A DNA stretch of 63,325 bases, counting the filler, from Octopus bimaculoides (lineage: Eukaryota), in NCBI RefSeq assembly GCF_001194135.2. It is 5 parts of 4 records of this genome, joined end to end, with 100 filler letters (N's around TTAATTAATTAA, not from the genome) between each part and the next. Parts side by side here need not be neighbours in the genome. Positions count along the whole stretch, not along the records: positions 1 to 21,495 come from NC_068990.1; 4 more parts are not named here. One strand, 5' to 3'. Position 1 is the stretch's first letter; each line of letters begins with the position of its first letter. The notes under the pieces are model-generated. The model ran no database searches. It saw only the letters and a list, made by a program, of their open reading frames with translations, and was not told the DNA's origin. Positions 1 to 11,573 of this stretch are shown one piece after another. The translations under genes were made by a program, and so were the position numbers.

Positions 1-239
1 CTTAATGGTGGCTGCTGATGAAGGATATGTTCTCTATGTGGCCTGCTTGTTTTTTGTACCTTGTTTATCATTTTGTCTATGTTTTTTTGCAACGTCATGT
101 ACCCAGATATGTATCTATATGTACATGTAGATGAAGGTATGTACATACATGTACATATATATGCATATATGGGTACAGAACTTCACCAACTGTGTTAACA
201 GCATAAAGTACGAAAACAAATGAGCTAAGTACGCAAACA

Positions 240-700
240 ACGGGAGAAAACTGGAAAACAAGACAGGTAACACGGAGAACGACCCTTCATCAGTTATCGG
301 CTGTCTATCTACTCCTCATTTCGAGCATTCAACAACAATATGAGTCTTCGAAGACAGTTGCTTCCATAAATACCAAAACAGAATTTTGGATTTATGAACG
401 GTCAAAATTGGGAACAAAAACAGGACAGTGTAGACATACAAGGGAACCGAACGAAAACAAACATGGAGGATCGTTAGACCAGAACGAGAAAATAGTGAAC
501 GCTGGGAGAAATATTTTCTTGGAAAAGAGGAAAGATAGAAGAGAGAGAGAGAGATAGAAGACGTCCAGTCACTAGAACGTCGTGCAGGAGAAGAAAGATG
601 GACGAACATCACGTGTGAGCAACGAGAGAAAGAAAAAGAGAAAGAAGGGAGAGAAAGACAGTTAGGAAACGGTGAAGGGGATTCATATATATGTATATAT
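240..700 (-). mobile_element. Non-coding repeat (family X), probably Penelope-like terminal repeat, with a decayed hammerhead module (~305-365) followed by a second CTGATGA
   Basis: The reverse complement aligns by eye with 36740-37210 (+), e.g. ctgtcctgtttttgttcccaattttgacc vs ctgtcctgtttgtgttacaaattttgatc, and ...gacagccgataactgatgaaggg vs ...aacagccaataactgatgaaagg. Confidence 0.5.
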
Positions 701-907
701 AAATCCAAATTTAGGGAATAGAGTAGGTAAAATCCAGACTACATATGTTTCTCAGCTAGCAGAACTTCAGAAGCAGTAGTTACTCAATGAGAGGTACTCC
801 GCTAGCTACCCCCGTTGAGTAATTACTCATTATTAATTTCGAGGTTCTGCAGTTAGGAAACAGATGTAACCTGGACATTATCTACTCCATTTCCTAAATT
901 TGGATTT
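701..907. mobile_element. ~207-bp foldback / MITE-like element
   Basis: The left end aaatccaaatttagggaatagagtagg... is the inverted repeat of the right end ...ctactccatttcctaaatttggattt. About 42 of the first 50 positions match, and similarity continues almost to the centre. Confidence 0.7.
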
Positions 908-1072
908 TTATTCGCATATTCAGCAACCCCAGCTACTAATCGCGAACTATAAAATACCTTTCTACAGCTTATCGAACTTAGATATCGGAAACATTTACAA
1001 CCTTCTACGTCAATAAACCACAATTGTTTCTGAAAGTTGTATTTTATACCTTCTACGGTATACATTATGCGC

Positions 1073-1461
1073 AAGAGTGGCTGTGTGGTAAGTAGCTTGC
1101 TTACCAACCACATGGTTCCGGGTCAGTCCCACTGCGTAGCAACTTGGGCAAGTTTCGTTTACTATAGCCTCAGACCGATCAAAGCCTTGTAAGTGGATTT
1201 GGTAGATGGAGGCTGAAAGAATCCCGTCGTATATGCATGTGTGTGTGTGTGTGTGTATGTGTGTGTTTGTACACAAGCATCACTTCACAATGGTTGTTGG
1301 TGTGTTTACGTCTCCGTAAGTTAGCGGTTCGGAAAAGAGACCGATAGAATAAGTATTAGGATTATAGAGAATAAGTCCTGGGGTCGATTTGTTCGACTAA
1401 AGGCGATGCGCCAGCATAGCCGCAGTCAAATGACTGAGGCAAGTAAGAGAGTAAAAGAGTA
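1073..1461 (+). mobile_element. tRNA-derived SINE, family A, full length
   Basis: A-box-like tggctgtgtggtaag and B-box-like ggtcagtccc, internal (TG)n tract, 3' tail aagagtaaaagagtaa. There are 10 or more homologous copies in the window. Confidence 0.9.
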
Positions 1462-1775
1462 ATATATATATATTAATAATAAAACTGTGTAGATGTCTTA
1501 TTCTCCTTATTTGACCACAGCTTTAAAGCTGAAACAACTTTGGTCAAATAAGGAGAATAAGACATCTACACAGTTTTATTATTACAGTCATTTATACAGC
1601 TTAATTTGATTGAAATCTCTGTCCGACATATGCTTCTATTGCATGGATATCTCGTAACGTGGTTTACATCTGCAACCGATTCATGCATCTAGTTAAATTC
1701 GTGTCGTTGCAGATATACTCAAGGTTTTGACACTATTAAAGTTTGTATATATGTGTATAATATATATATATATCG

Positions 1776-2343
1776 TGGTACTCCGTCGGTTACGACGACG
1801 AGAGTTCCAGTTGATATGATCAACAGAACAGCCGGCACGTGAAATTAGTGTGCAAGTGGCTGAGCACACCACAGACACATGCTTAGCGGTATTTCGTCTG
1901 CCGCTACGTTCTGAGTTCAAATTCCGCCGAGGTCGACTTTGCCTTTCATCCTTTCGGGGTCGATTAAATAAGTACCAGTTACGCACTGGGGTCGATATAA
2001 TTGACTTAATCTGTTTGTCTGTCTTTGTTTGTCCCCTCTGTGTGTAGCCCCTTGTGGGTAGTAAAGAAATAACACATGTACCCTTAAAGTGGTTCTCGGG
2101 GAGATTCAGCGTGATACAGAGTGTGACGTTTGAAATACAGATACAACAGAAATAGGAAGAACGTGTGAGTGAAAGTTGTGGTGAAAGAATACAATAGGGT
2201 TCGCCACCACCTCCTGCCGGAGCCTCGTGAAGCTTTAGGTGTTTCCGCTCATTAAGTACTCACAACTCTCGATCTGGGAATTTAAACTGCGATCCTACGA
2301 CCGCGAGTCCGCTGCCCTAACTACTTGGCCATTGCGACTCCAC
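1776..2343 (-). mobile_element. tRNA-derived SINE, family D (shares its 3' tail with family C), interrupted by a family B SINE
   Basis: Minus-strand head gtggagtcgcaatggccaagtagttagggcagcggactcgcggtcgtaggatcgcag. The tail ...ctcgtcgtcgtaaccgacggagtacca matches the tails at 30075, 50056 and 62477. Confidence 0.85.
1882..2071 (+). mobile_element. SINE family B (tail B1), 5'-truncated, with 7-bp TSD
   Basis: Central cctttcatcctttcggggtcgattaaataagtaccag. Flanked by acacatg at 1875-1881 and 2072-2078. Confidence 0.9.
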
Positions 2344-2344
2344 T

Positions 2345-2345
<1 letters not shown>

Positions 2346-2411
<66 letters not shown>

Positions 2412-2412
2412 T
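2346..2412. repeat. (TAGA)n tetranucleotide microsatellite
   Basis: Direct reading, about 16 units. Confidence 0.95.
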
Positions 2413-2499
2413 AGGGCAGGGAATTGTCGATTAATTAATAAATTAATAATTAATTATTAATTATTAATTAATAAATTAATAAATTAATAAATTTAGAAT

Positions 2500-2560
2500 A
2501 TCTTGCTGAAGAGTGAAATGAATTTTTATAAAATTCTAAACACGAAACGTCGTACAAGAT
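2500..2560 (+). ncRNA. Type I hammerhead ribozyme, complete core
   Basis: AUCUUG-CUGAAGA-GUG[aaau GAAUUUU uau AAAAUUC uaaa]CAC-GAA-AC guc GU-A-CAAGAU. Stem I is 6 bp, stem II is 3+7 bp, stem III is 2 bp, and the cleavage triplet is GUA (A2554). Confidence 0.75.
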
Positions 2561-2989
2561 TAACTAAAGGCAGGTTTGCTTTGTTTATTTTTCCTTTTAT
2601 TCTATGTGAGGTATGAATATCGCAATCCGTTGGACACTTAATTGTAGTTAGAATTAGTAGTTTTAACTGCTATTTCTAAATTTTCAGTATGCTGGTGAAG
2701 CAACTTTTGCTTCCCTATATAATGTATATANNNNNNNNNNNNNNNNNNNNNNNNNNNNNNNNNNNNNNNNNNNNNNNNNNNNNNNNNNNNNNNNNNNNNN
2801 NATATATATATATATATATATACACACACGCATACACACCTTTACATATAATACAATCATACCAATACATTTATATATACATGCACACACATATATACAC
2901 ATAGGCATGTGTGTGAGCGTGAGCATTTGTGAGAGAGAGAGAGTCGGTGAGAGAAAGGGTCAGAAACAGATATGAAGGGTGATGCTGGT

Positions 2990-3445
2990 AGCTGTGATGT
3001 TATTAGTATTATTGTTGTAGTGTTTGCGGTTGTTGTTGATGATGAGGTTGGGATGATGGAGTGCTAGAAATAATGAAGATGGGTTAAGTATTGATGATAC
3101 TGGTGATGGTGGTTGTGCTGTTGATGGAGTTACGGTAGTTGTACTGTTGGCGTGCAGTTAGAGGGAGCGATGAAGATAGTGGTGTTGTTTACAGAAATCG
3201 TGGTGGGGGATGATGGTGACTGTGGTGGTGGTGGTAGTGGTGGTGCTGGTGGTGGTAGTGGTGGTGGTGCTGGTGGTGGTAGTGGTGGTGGTGGTGGTAG
3301 TGGTGGTGGTGGTGGTAGTGGTGGTGGTGGTGGTGGTGCTGGTGCTGGTATGCAATTAAAGATAGTGATTGAGTTGGTGTTGGTAGTGGTGACTGTTGTG
3401 ACTGTGGTGGTGAAAGCATGTCATTAGATAGTGATTGTAATGTTG

Positions 3446-3481
<36 letters not shown>

Positions 3482-3713
3482 ACGGTGTTGTGGTGGTGGT
3501 GGTGGTGAATGTGGTAGTGGTGTTGGTGACGGCAACCATGTAGGTGGTGTTAGTACGGCTAGTGGTGTGGGTGGAGGTGTTAGTAGGAGTAGTGATGGTG
3601 GTGGTGGTGGTGCTGGTGAAGGTAGTGGTGGTGAATGGTAGTGGTGGTAGTGGTGTTGGTGGCGGTGGTCGTGGAGGTGGTGTCAGTAGGACTAGTGGTG
3701 TCCGTGGAGGTGT

Positions 3714-3744
<31 letters not shown>

Positions 3745-3790
3745 TTGTGGTGGTGGTGGTGGTGGTGGTGGTATTAATTGTTGCAGTGAC
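2990..3790. repeat. Compound trinucleotide array (GGT/AGT/TGT/GCT)n
   Basis: Direct reading. It is the source of the poly-G/V/T/H ORFs. Confidence 0.9.
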
Positions 3791-4157
3791 GTTTGTGGTG
3801 ATCTATTGTTAGAAATAGTAACGGAGAAGATGGCGGTGTTGTTTATAATAGTAATGGCGGAGAAAGAAGAGGGGGGGGAAAATTGTCAGGCAGTGATATG
3901 GTGAAGTGGAGCGGAACTGGTTTGGGATGTGAGAAAGAAACAGTTAATTGAAATTACTTGAAAGGATAAATGTTTTGATCTATTCTTGCTCCAGAAACAT
4001 TTTATCGTTCAATCCAGATTGCTGTCTTTCTAGATCTGTTTATCTGTCTACCATACAAACTACGTTTCTAGTCGCACTTCTCTCTTTCTTCCTCGCTGCA
4101 TATCTATCTATCTGTACATACATGCATACTCTTACACAGACATACGTATATAAATAA

Positions 4158-4214
<57 letters not shown>

Positions 4215-4741
4215 NNNNNNNNNNNNNNNNNNNNNNNNNNNNNNNNNNNNNNNNNNNNNNNNNNNNNNNNNNNNNNNNNNNNNNNNNNNNNNNNNNNNNN
4301 NNNNNNNNNNNNNNNNNNNNNNNNNNNNNNNNNNNNNNNNNNNNNNNNNNNNNNNNNNNNNNNNNNNNNNNNNNNNNNNNNNNNNNNNNNNNNNNNNNNN
4401 NNNNNNNNNNNNNNNNNNNNNNNNNNNNNNNNNNNNNNNNNNNNNNNNNNNNNNNNNNNNNNNNNNNNNNNNNNNNNNNNNNNNNNNNNNNNNNNNNNNN
4501 NNNNNNNNNNNNNNNNNNNNNNNNNNNNNNNNNNNNNNNNNNNNNNNNNNNNNNNNNNNNNNNNNNNNNNNNNNNNNNNNNNNNNNNNNNNNNNNNNNNN
4601 NNNNNNNNNNNNNNNNNNNNNNNNNNNNNNNNNNNNNNNNNNNNNNNNNNNNNNNNNNNNNNNNNNNNNNNNNNNNNNNNNNNNNNNNNNNNNNNNNNNN
4701 NNNNNNNNNNNNNNNNNNNNNNNNNNNNNNNNNNNNNNNNN

Positions 4742-4776
<35 letters not shown>

Positions 4777-4814
4777 CACACACACACCCACACACACACA
4801 CACGCACACACACC

Positions 4815-4845
<31 letters not shown>

Positions 4846-6201
4846 GCATACACACGCACATGCACACACATACACTCTCTCACACACATAATATACCCGC
4901 ATACACGTGAAGAAACTATGTGGATAGAGGAGAGGAAAGTAAACCTAATGACACATGTGAGTGAGACAGCGAGAAAGAGAGTAAGGAAGTAAGAGCGGGA
5001 TAGCAAGGTAACAATCTGAATATGTAAGGTAATTGGGAGTCAAGCAGAACTATAAATGCTCTGTTAGGGACTTCGAACTGCGGGACAAGAAAAAAATAAT
5101 CACTGGAAAATACCAAACATGATGTGAGCTGAGAAGCGTGGCAAAACAAGAACAATATGAATCAGAAACAAGACTTGAGGTAAAAATAAAAATAAAAACA
5201 AATGAAAACTGACAAAAGTAGATCTCTGTCATTTTCAACAGGACCTAAGCTTGGCCACATATATATATATATATGTGTGTGTATAGCATATATGAATATG
5301 TGTGTATGTGCGTGAATATGTTTGCTTGTGCTTTTTTGATGTGTGTCTGTCTGTATGCATGTGTGTTTGTGTATGTGTGTGTGTAAATTTATGGTAAAAC
5401 CCAAAAGAAAATGTAAATGTTGAACCGCACCAAGTGCTTAACATATAAAGCAAGAAATAAATAGGAAAAAAAATAGAAAGAAACGTGGGTGAGTTAATTA
5501 AATTTATTGTTAATTTAGTATTATGTGTGTTTGTTTGATGCATGTGATTTGATCGTTTCATCGCATGATATGATGTGGTTTTAATGACGATGGCAATTTG
5601 TCAATGGTGGCGCCACTGTTCTCCTTATCATCTTAGGTGTTATCATGTGTTGCTGTCAGTCAGATAAATTAATTGCCGTTATCACAGATATAGTTCTTAT
5701 ATCGTTACATAGGTAACCTATTGTAGTCATAGTAACAGTAATTTTACATTATTTTATATTTTTATCGCTAGTCCTTGTATCAATAATTGTTTCTATGGTA
5801 ACTGTCACTGCCACCGTGTTCTGTATGACTTTTTATTATTACTATATATACATAGTGTTTGTTGATTTGTTTTAAACGTGATATTTGAATTAGAAGTATT
5901 CGCTGTTTACACATCATGGTGGACAGTGGGGGGAAGGGGGATTAATCAAGGCTGATAACCCAGCTGACGGATAAAGCGTTAGAAAGTATTTCTCTCTGTC
6001 CTTTTTACATTGTGAGTTCAAATCCAACAGAAGTGGATTGTATCTTATGTTTATGCTTCCGAGTTCAATATACCTCCTAAATACTGGTGTCGATATAGCT
6101 GATTGAAGTATCCCCCTGAATATAAAGGACCGTGTGGTTGTTATAAATCATCATCATCACTATTATTATTATTATTATTATCATTATTATTTTTCTCTTT
6201 T

Positions 6202-6415
6202 TAAGGCAGCGAGCTAGACGAAATGCTTAGCGGCATTCCGCCTGTTGCTACGTCCTGAGTTCAAATTCTGTTGAGGTTGACTTTGCCTTTCATCCTTTCC
6301 GAGTCGATAAACTAAGTACCAGTTGTGTACTGGGATCGATGTAATCGACTAGTCCCCTCTCTCAAAATTTCAGGCCTTCTGCCTATAGCAGAAAGGATTA
6401 TTATTATCATTATTT
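6202..6415 (+). mobile_element. SINE family B (tail B2)
   Basis: Head taaggcagcgagct, B-box gagttcaaattc, central domain, tail tttcaggccttctgcctatagcagaaaggattattatt. Confidence 0.85.
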
Positions 6416-6539
6416 AAGGCGGTGAGCTGGCAGAATTGTACTTTATTTCATCGATCACGAAAGATGAAAAACAAACTTGACCTTATCAGGATTTGAAGTG
6501 GGTTAGTTTCATCTGCAAGAATTAGCCACTATAGTTCTT

Positions 6540-6774
6540 ATTTCTTTATTGCCCACAAGGGGCTACACACAGAGGGGACAAATAAGGACAGAAAACGGAT
6601 TAAGTCGATTATATCGACCCCAGTGCATAACTGGTACTTATTTAATCAACCCCGAAAGAATGAAAGGCAAAGTCGACCGCAGTGGAATTTGAACTCAGAA
6701 CGTAACGGCAGACAAAATACCGCTAAGCATTTCGCCCCGCGTGCTAACGATTCTGCCAGCTCGCCGCCTTCATT
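6540..6774 (-). mobile_element. SINE family B (tail B1), full length, with 18-bp TSD
   Basis: Flanked by ttagccactatagttctt (6522-6539) and ttagccattatagttctt (6775-6792), 17/18 identical. Confidence 0.92.
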
Positions 6775-7179
6775 TTAGCCATTATAGTTCTTTCCAATAA
6801 TACTTGTCTACCATTTTGAGTTGGGAGGAAGGGAATGGATTATGCAGACATATAATGCAATGCAGTAGGCAAAAACTGAATGGCCATAGCAGAACACCTT
6901 TAAACATAGTTCTGCTCAACAGACACAACACCGAGGGCTAAACAACAACAGAAATTTCTATCTCAGTATTCCCCCACACCTGCTAATATTAGCTGTTAAA
7001 TAGCGTGCATATCACATCATACCATCATTAAAATGTAATAGCCATTAGATAATGCAAACGTAGATATGTTGTAGCAGGAAAGGAGGAGAAGGGATAATCA
7101 CAGTTGGAACGTCTCTAGTCTTCAGTCTGGTTTAGATTGGATGCCTGGTTCCAATCGATGGAAACAACAACAGCTGCTC

Positions 7180-7395
7180 CTCATCTTCTAATTTAGGCAC
7201 GAAGCCAGCAATTTGGAGGGAAGTTAGTCGATTACACCAACCCTAGTATTTGACTGGTACTTTATTTCAATGACTCCGAAATATTGAAAAATAAGTTTGA
7301 CCTCGACAGGACTCGAAATCTTGCCATAAAGAGCCGCAAGAAATATCACGAGGCATTTTTCCAACATGTTAACGTTTCTGTCAATCCACTGTCGT
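7180..7395 (-). mobile_element. Old SINE family B copy
   Basis: ttagtcgattacaccaaccctagtatttgactggtactttatttcaatgactccgaaa resembles the family B central domain. Confidence 0.65.
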
Positions 7396-9261
7396 CGAAC
7401 ATACTTTATTAGGACAGAAAATAAATGATGGAAGATAATAGCAGGAGGAAATGGTCACTGTATGACTATCTTTGATCATAGAGATACTGGGATCAGAGAT
7501 TATTTTGCACAAAACAACAACTCTGTTAGCCACGACCACAACCAATCGCATCAACAACAATATAATCACACCAACAACCACGACATCCACCCTTATCTCC
7601 ACCCGATCTAAATAAACTAATAAAACACAATAGTCATTGAACAAATTCGTTGGAGAAGGAAATTAAATTTATCTCCCTGTTTTTGTAAATTTTTAATTCA
7701 ATTTCATTTTTTTTAATTGAAGTTGGTAGAGTTTATTTAGAGAGTTAGAGTTTGATATATTTTTACATATTTTGTTTATATTTTATTTTACTTTTTATAT
7801 CCTCCCGCCCCCATAAGCAGAGGTGATATCATCGACCCTGTGGGTTGCCTGAGGGTGTGGTTAATGCTTGTCATTTCACATAGATTGGGGCTTTTTTTTT
7901 TCTTCACTCTTTAAAACTAAAATGTTTTCTATCTTTTAAATAATTTATTTTTTTCGATGTTTAAACTTAGTGGATCTATTGTTCATTTTACTTATTTGTT
8001 TATTTTAGGAAACTAATTGTAGGAAGAGAGTGTAAGAGAGAAAGGGGGGGGGAAGAGAGAGACGATGAGTCGGGGATTTCACAGTGGAATACATTGGAAA
8101 GTTAGGAAGAGTCAAAGAGAGTGAAAGAGAGGTGGCGTAGGCAAGTGAGGGGAGGGAAATGTGGAGTGGTAAATGATGGGGGAAGGGTGATGTATGTTTA
8201 TGTTGGTATAGTTGTGGAAATGGTCGCCTTCATCGTAAAACTGATGACGACGATGACGATGATGATGATGATTGTAGTGGTGGTGGTGGTGGCGGTTGTG
8301 GTATTTGTTATTGGCTGTCATGCTGATGATGGTGGTGATAGTATTATTGGTGGTGATGACAAGGTTGTTTGTTGTTGAAGTGTTGTATGATGTAGGCGGT
8401 CCGTGTAGAGGAAGTGGAAGTGGTGGTCTTGTATTGTTCAAATTGAAGGAAATAACTAACATCAATAAAAAACAAGAAGAAAAATACTTGAAAAACAACA
8501 GCAGTAGCAACAACAAAACTACAATAACACCATTAACCGCAACAACTAAAAGCAACTTTTTAAAACTAATAGAAGAGCAAAACAGAAAAGAATGAAAAAA
8601 CAAAATCAAAATCAAAAAAATTAAATAAAATGTCCTTTAAAATTATAGAAAACAAATAAACGAAACCAAATTGCTTTGTTAACGCTATAATACTACCACA
8701 TGGCCACTCACATGTATGTGGCTCCGAGCAGAACCTCCTTAAGCAAATACTAAGCACCACCACCACTACCACCATTGCAAACAGTCATCGACACTTTCTT
8801 GTCTGCTGCACCTCCCAGACTCTAACTGTCACAGCTGTAACTAACCAAAGGATATTAAATTAAATTTTAAATAACAACAATAGCAACAACAACAACATGA
8901 AAATGGAGATAACAATCATATAGTCACTATATACATCAGCTGATTCCCTTACCACATTGCATTTCTTCTGAGGAGTGAAATGAGGCAGTTAAGTAGAAGA
9001 AGGAATACAGAAAATGGAAGAGAGACTGAGAGACTGAAAGACAGTCAGAGAGGTTGAGTGAAAAAAGAGATGGATAGCAAGATAAAGGGACAGGAAGGAA
9101 GATTTGAAAGAAGTGTAATATTGAAAAGGTTAATCTTTTCATGAAATTTGATGGGGTTCATGAGTCTTGAACTGGTTTCTCTGGTGTTAAGCAGATAAAA
9201 AGAAGTATTTCCATCCAGGATAGAATCTTTTGTAGACCGGAATATAGGGGGTGCATAATAA

Positions 9262-9407
9262 TAATGATTATGATGATGACGATGATGACGATGACGGATG
9301 ATGCCGATGACGATGACGGATGATGCCGATGACGATGCCGACGCCGACGACGCCGACCGCGGCGATGGCGACGACGATGATGACGATGATAATGATAATA
9401 ATAATGA

Positions 9408-9445
<38 letters not shown>

Positions 9446-9480
9446 ATGACGATGATGATGATTGTTATCATTATTATATC
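9262..9480. repeat. Compound (GAT/GAC/GCC/TAT)n array
   Basis: Direct reading. Confidence 0.9.
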
Positions 9481-9994
9481 TTACATTGGCAGAAATACGT
9501 CATAGAATTTGAAGAAGGGAGGGTTAAGCTGAATGGATTAATCTAGCTCCCCAGCTGGTACATATTTTATAACTCAGTAATAATGAAAAAATACAGCTGA
9601 CTTTGGTGTGATCTAAACTCCAAAAGATATAACTAAATACAGCTAAATCTTTTTGTCTGGTACTCTACCGATTCTGTCATTTAGTGTCCTAACAAAATTG
9701 ATTCATTTATTGCCATGAGAGTAATGATACAAGGTCACTTTTCAAAGCATTTAGTCAAAGAGTTGTATTGATTTTATCCACTCCAGAAGGAGAGTGAAAG
9801 GCAGACTCATCCTTGATAGGATAATAGTATTTTTTTGTTTTGTGACATAATCGCCAGGCCTTAAATTTGGGGGAGAAGAGTTAAGCAAAACTATCACCCA
9901 AGTACTTGACTGGTACTTTATTTTATTGACAGTAGAAGAATTAGATTTGAATTCAGGACATATAGATCCTGAAAAATTTCTGCGATAGTCTAAT

Positions 9995-10023
9995 GACTGA
10001 TGATGATAATAATGATGATAATC

Positions 10024-10073
<50 letters not shown>

Positions 10074-10095
10074 TATAATTATAATTATAATAAGT
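9995..10095. repeat. (TAA)n microsatellite at the end of an old minus-strand SINE B (~9840-9990)
   Basis: Direct reading. Confidence 0.85.
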
Positions 10096-10191
10096 AGGAT
10101 AACTCAAACAAGATATGAATCTATGTATGGAAAAAGTTTTTTCTGTTTGGCTGCCACTTTTCGATTTCTGTAAAAGTGAATTATCTCCTGA

Positions 10192-10740
10192 GATTCAGCA
10201 TGGAAAATTACATCAATACACCAAATTTTAGATTTTTCCGTAAACTTTCCCCAGGTGCAGCCAAACAGAAAAGATCCTATGGAAGTAGACACATATACCA
10301 AAGCTACAATGAGAAGTAAATTAACTGAAACTGAAACTGTTACAATAATTCCAGACATTGACATTAGAGAAATAGACTCAAACTACTCATACGAATATGA
10401 TTAGATGAAACTACAGAGAAATTAAGTCAAAGATTTGCAAATGACAATAGAAAAGTATTGAACTGATATTAAAAATCTGAAGTCAAAGATGAACATAAGA
10501 TAGTAGTTTTAAATACATGAGGCGTCCTGGCTATAAACTACAGCTTAAATACAAACTGCAGGTTAAGTGAATTTATGAGTAAAGTATACAAAGAGTATTT
10601 CAAAACTATAATATTATGTGGAAGCTGATATAGATAGGATGTACCAACACTCAGAATGTACTGAACCTGGTAGAAATAGAGAACTACAACAAGGTAGCAT
10701 AATTAGTATCAGAAAATTGTATAGAAGTGACTTAAGGGGA
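10192..10740 (+). pseudogene. Unidentified decayed coding sequence (coiled-coil-like)
   Basis: Open frame 10192-10407 reads DSAWKITSIHQILDFSVNFPQVQPNRKDPMEVDTYTKATMRSKLTETETVTIIPDIDIREIDSNYSYEYD. It continues in frame as *MKLQRN*VKDLQMTIEKY*TDIKNLKSKMNIR*, with stops one C>T away from sense codons. No family recognised. Confidence 0.3.
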
Positions 10741-11512
10741 CTTGATTAGTGTAATAAAGGAATATGAAAAATAAGACTTTAGTCATATAAGAAAACAATG
10801 CAATCACACAAATATAAAGATAAATATAAATAGATATGTGTGAAGGTGCATGCATGTGTGCATGTCTATAGGAAGAGACAATAAACTAGATGCTATCTAT
10901 AAAAGGAGAAAAAGATTGAGGCAAAGACAAAAGAGATAGTTAAAATAAAAGAAGAGATTAAATGAAAACGGAATTCCAGTATATACTAAAGAGAAAAATG
11001 TAAAGAAAATATTCCCAGGTCAATACCCCAAACACACTTGACAGAATAGTAGTGGTGGTCGGTTAGAATGAAAATAAGTAAAAGTGCAAAATAATTAAAA
11101 GTGCAAATTCTAAAAGCAGAAACTGAAAGGCTTAGCAAAGATGTTGATGGCTGCACAGAATCACTGTATAGATGCACACAATTCTAAAAAGTAACTTTTC
11201 TAATTTATGCAGCAGACTTGAAGGTAAGGTATTAGTCAACCCTGTGGGTCCCAGAAATTGTGTAGTACTTTATTTCCACCACCACCACCACCACCAAGAA
11301 CCTCAAGGGATGACAGAAAAAGATGACCTCGGCCCGACTTGAAATCTGCATGCAAAGAGCAGAAACAAATAGCAAAATAGAGGGACCAGTCTTTCAGATG
11401 CAGCCCGATCTATGTTAAGGATGAGCTTTTGTCAGGGGAGATCCTCAGTGGTAGTGAAACCAAACGTCTGGTGTGATTATGAAAATTCTAGCTGAGTGCC
11501 ACTGAGGTTAGT

Positions 11513-11573
11513 AAATTTCCAACATCAAGATATCACCACTGCACTGGTAGTGATATCTCAATGTTGGAAATTT
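11513..11573. other. 61-nt near-perfect hairpin
   Basis: aaatttccaacat-ca-agatatcac [13 nt] gtgatatct-ca-atgttggaaattt: 13 bp plus 9 bp with a 2x2 internal loop. Confidence 0.7.

Noticed and set aside
10104-10364. Minus-strand 86-aa ORF with a hydrophobic, TM-like start
   Set aside because: It is the antisense of the plus-strand decayed frame. The hydrophobicity arises from complementing A-rich codons, and I found no splice or homology support.
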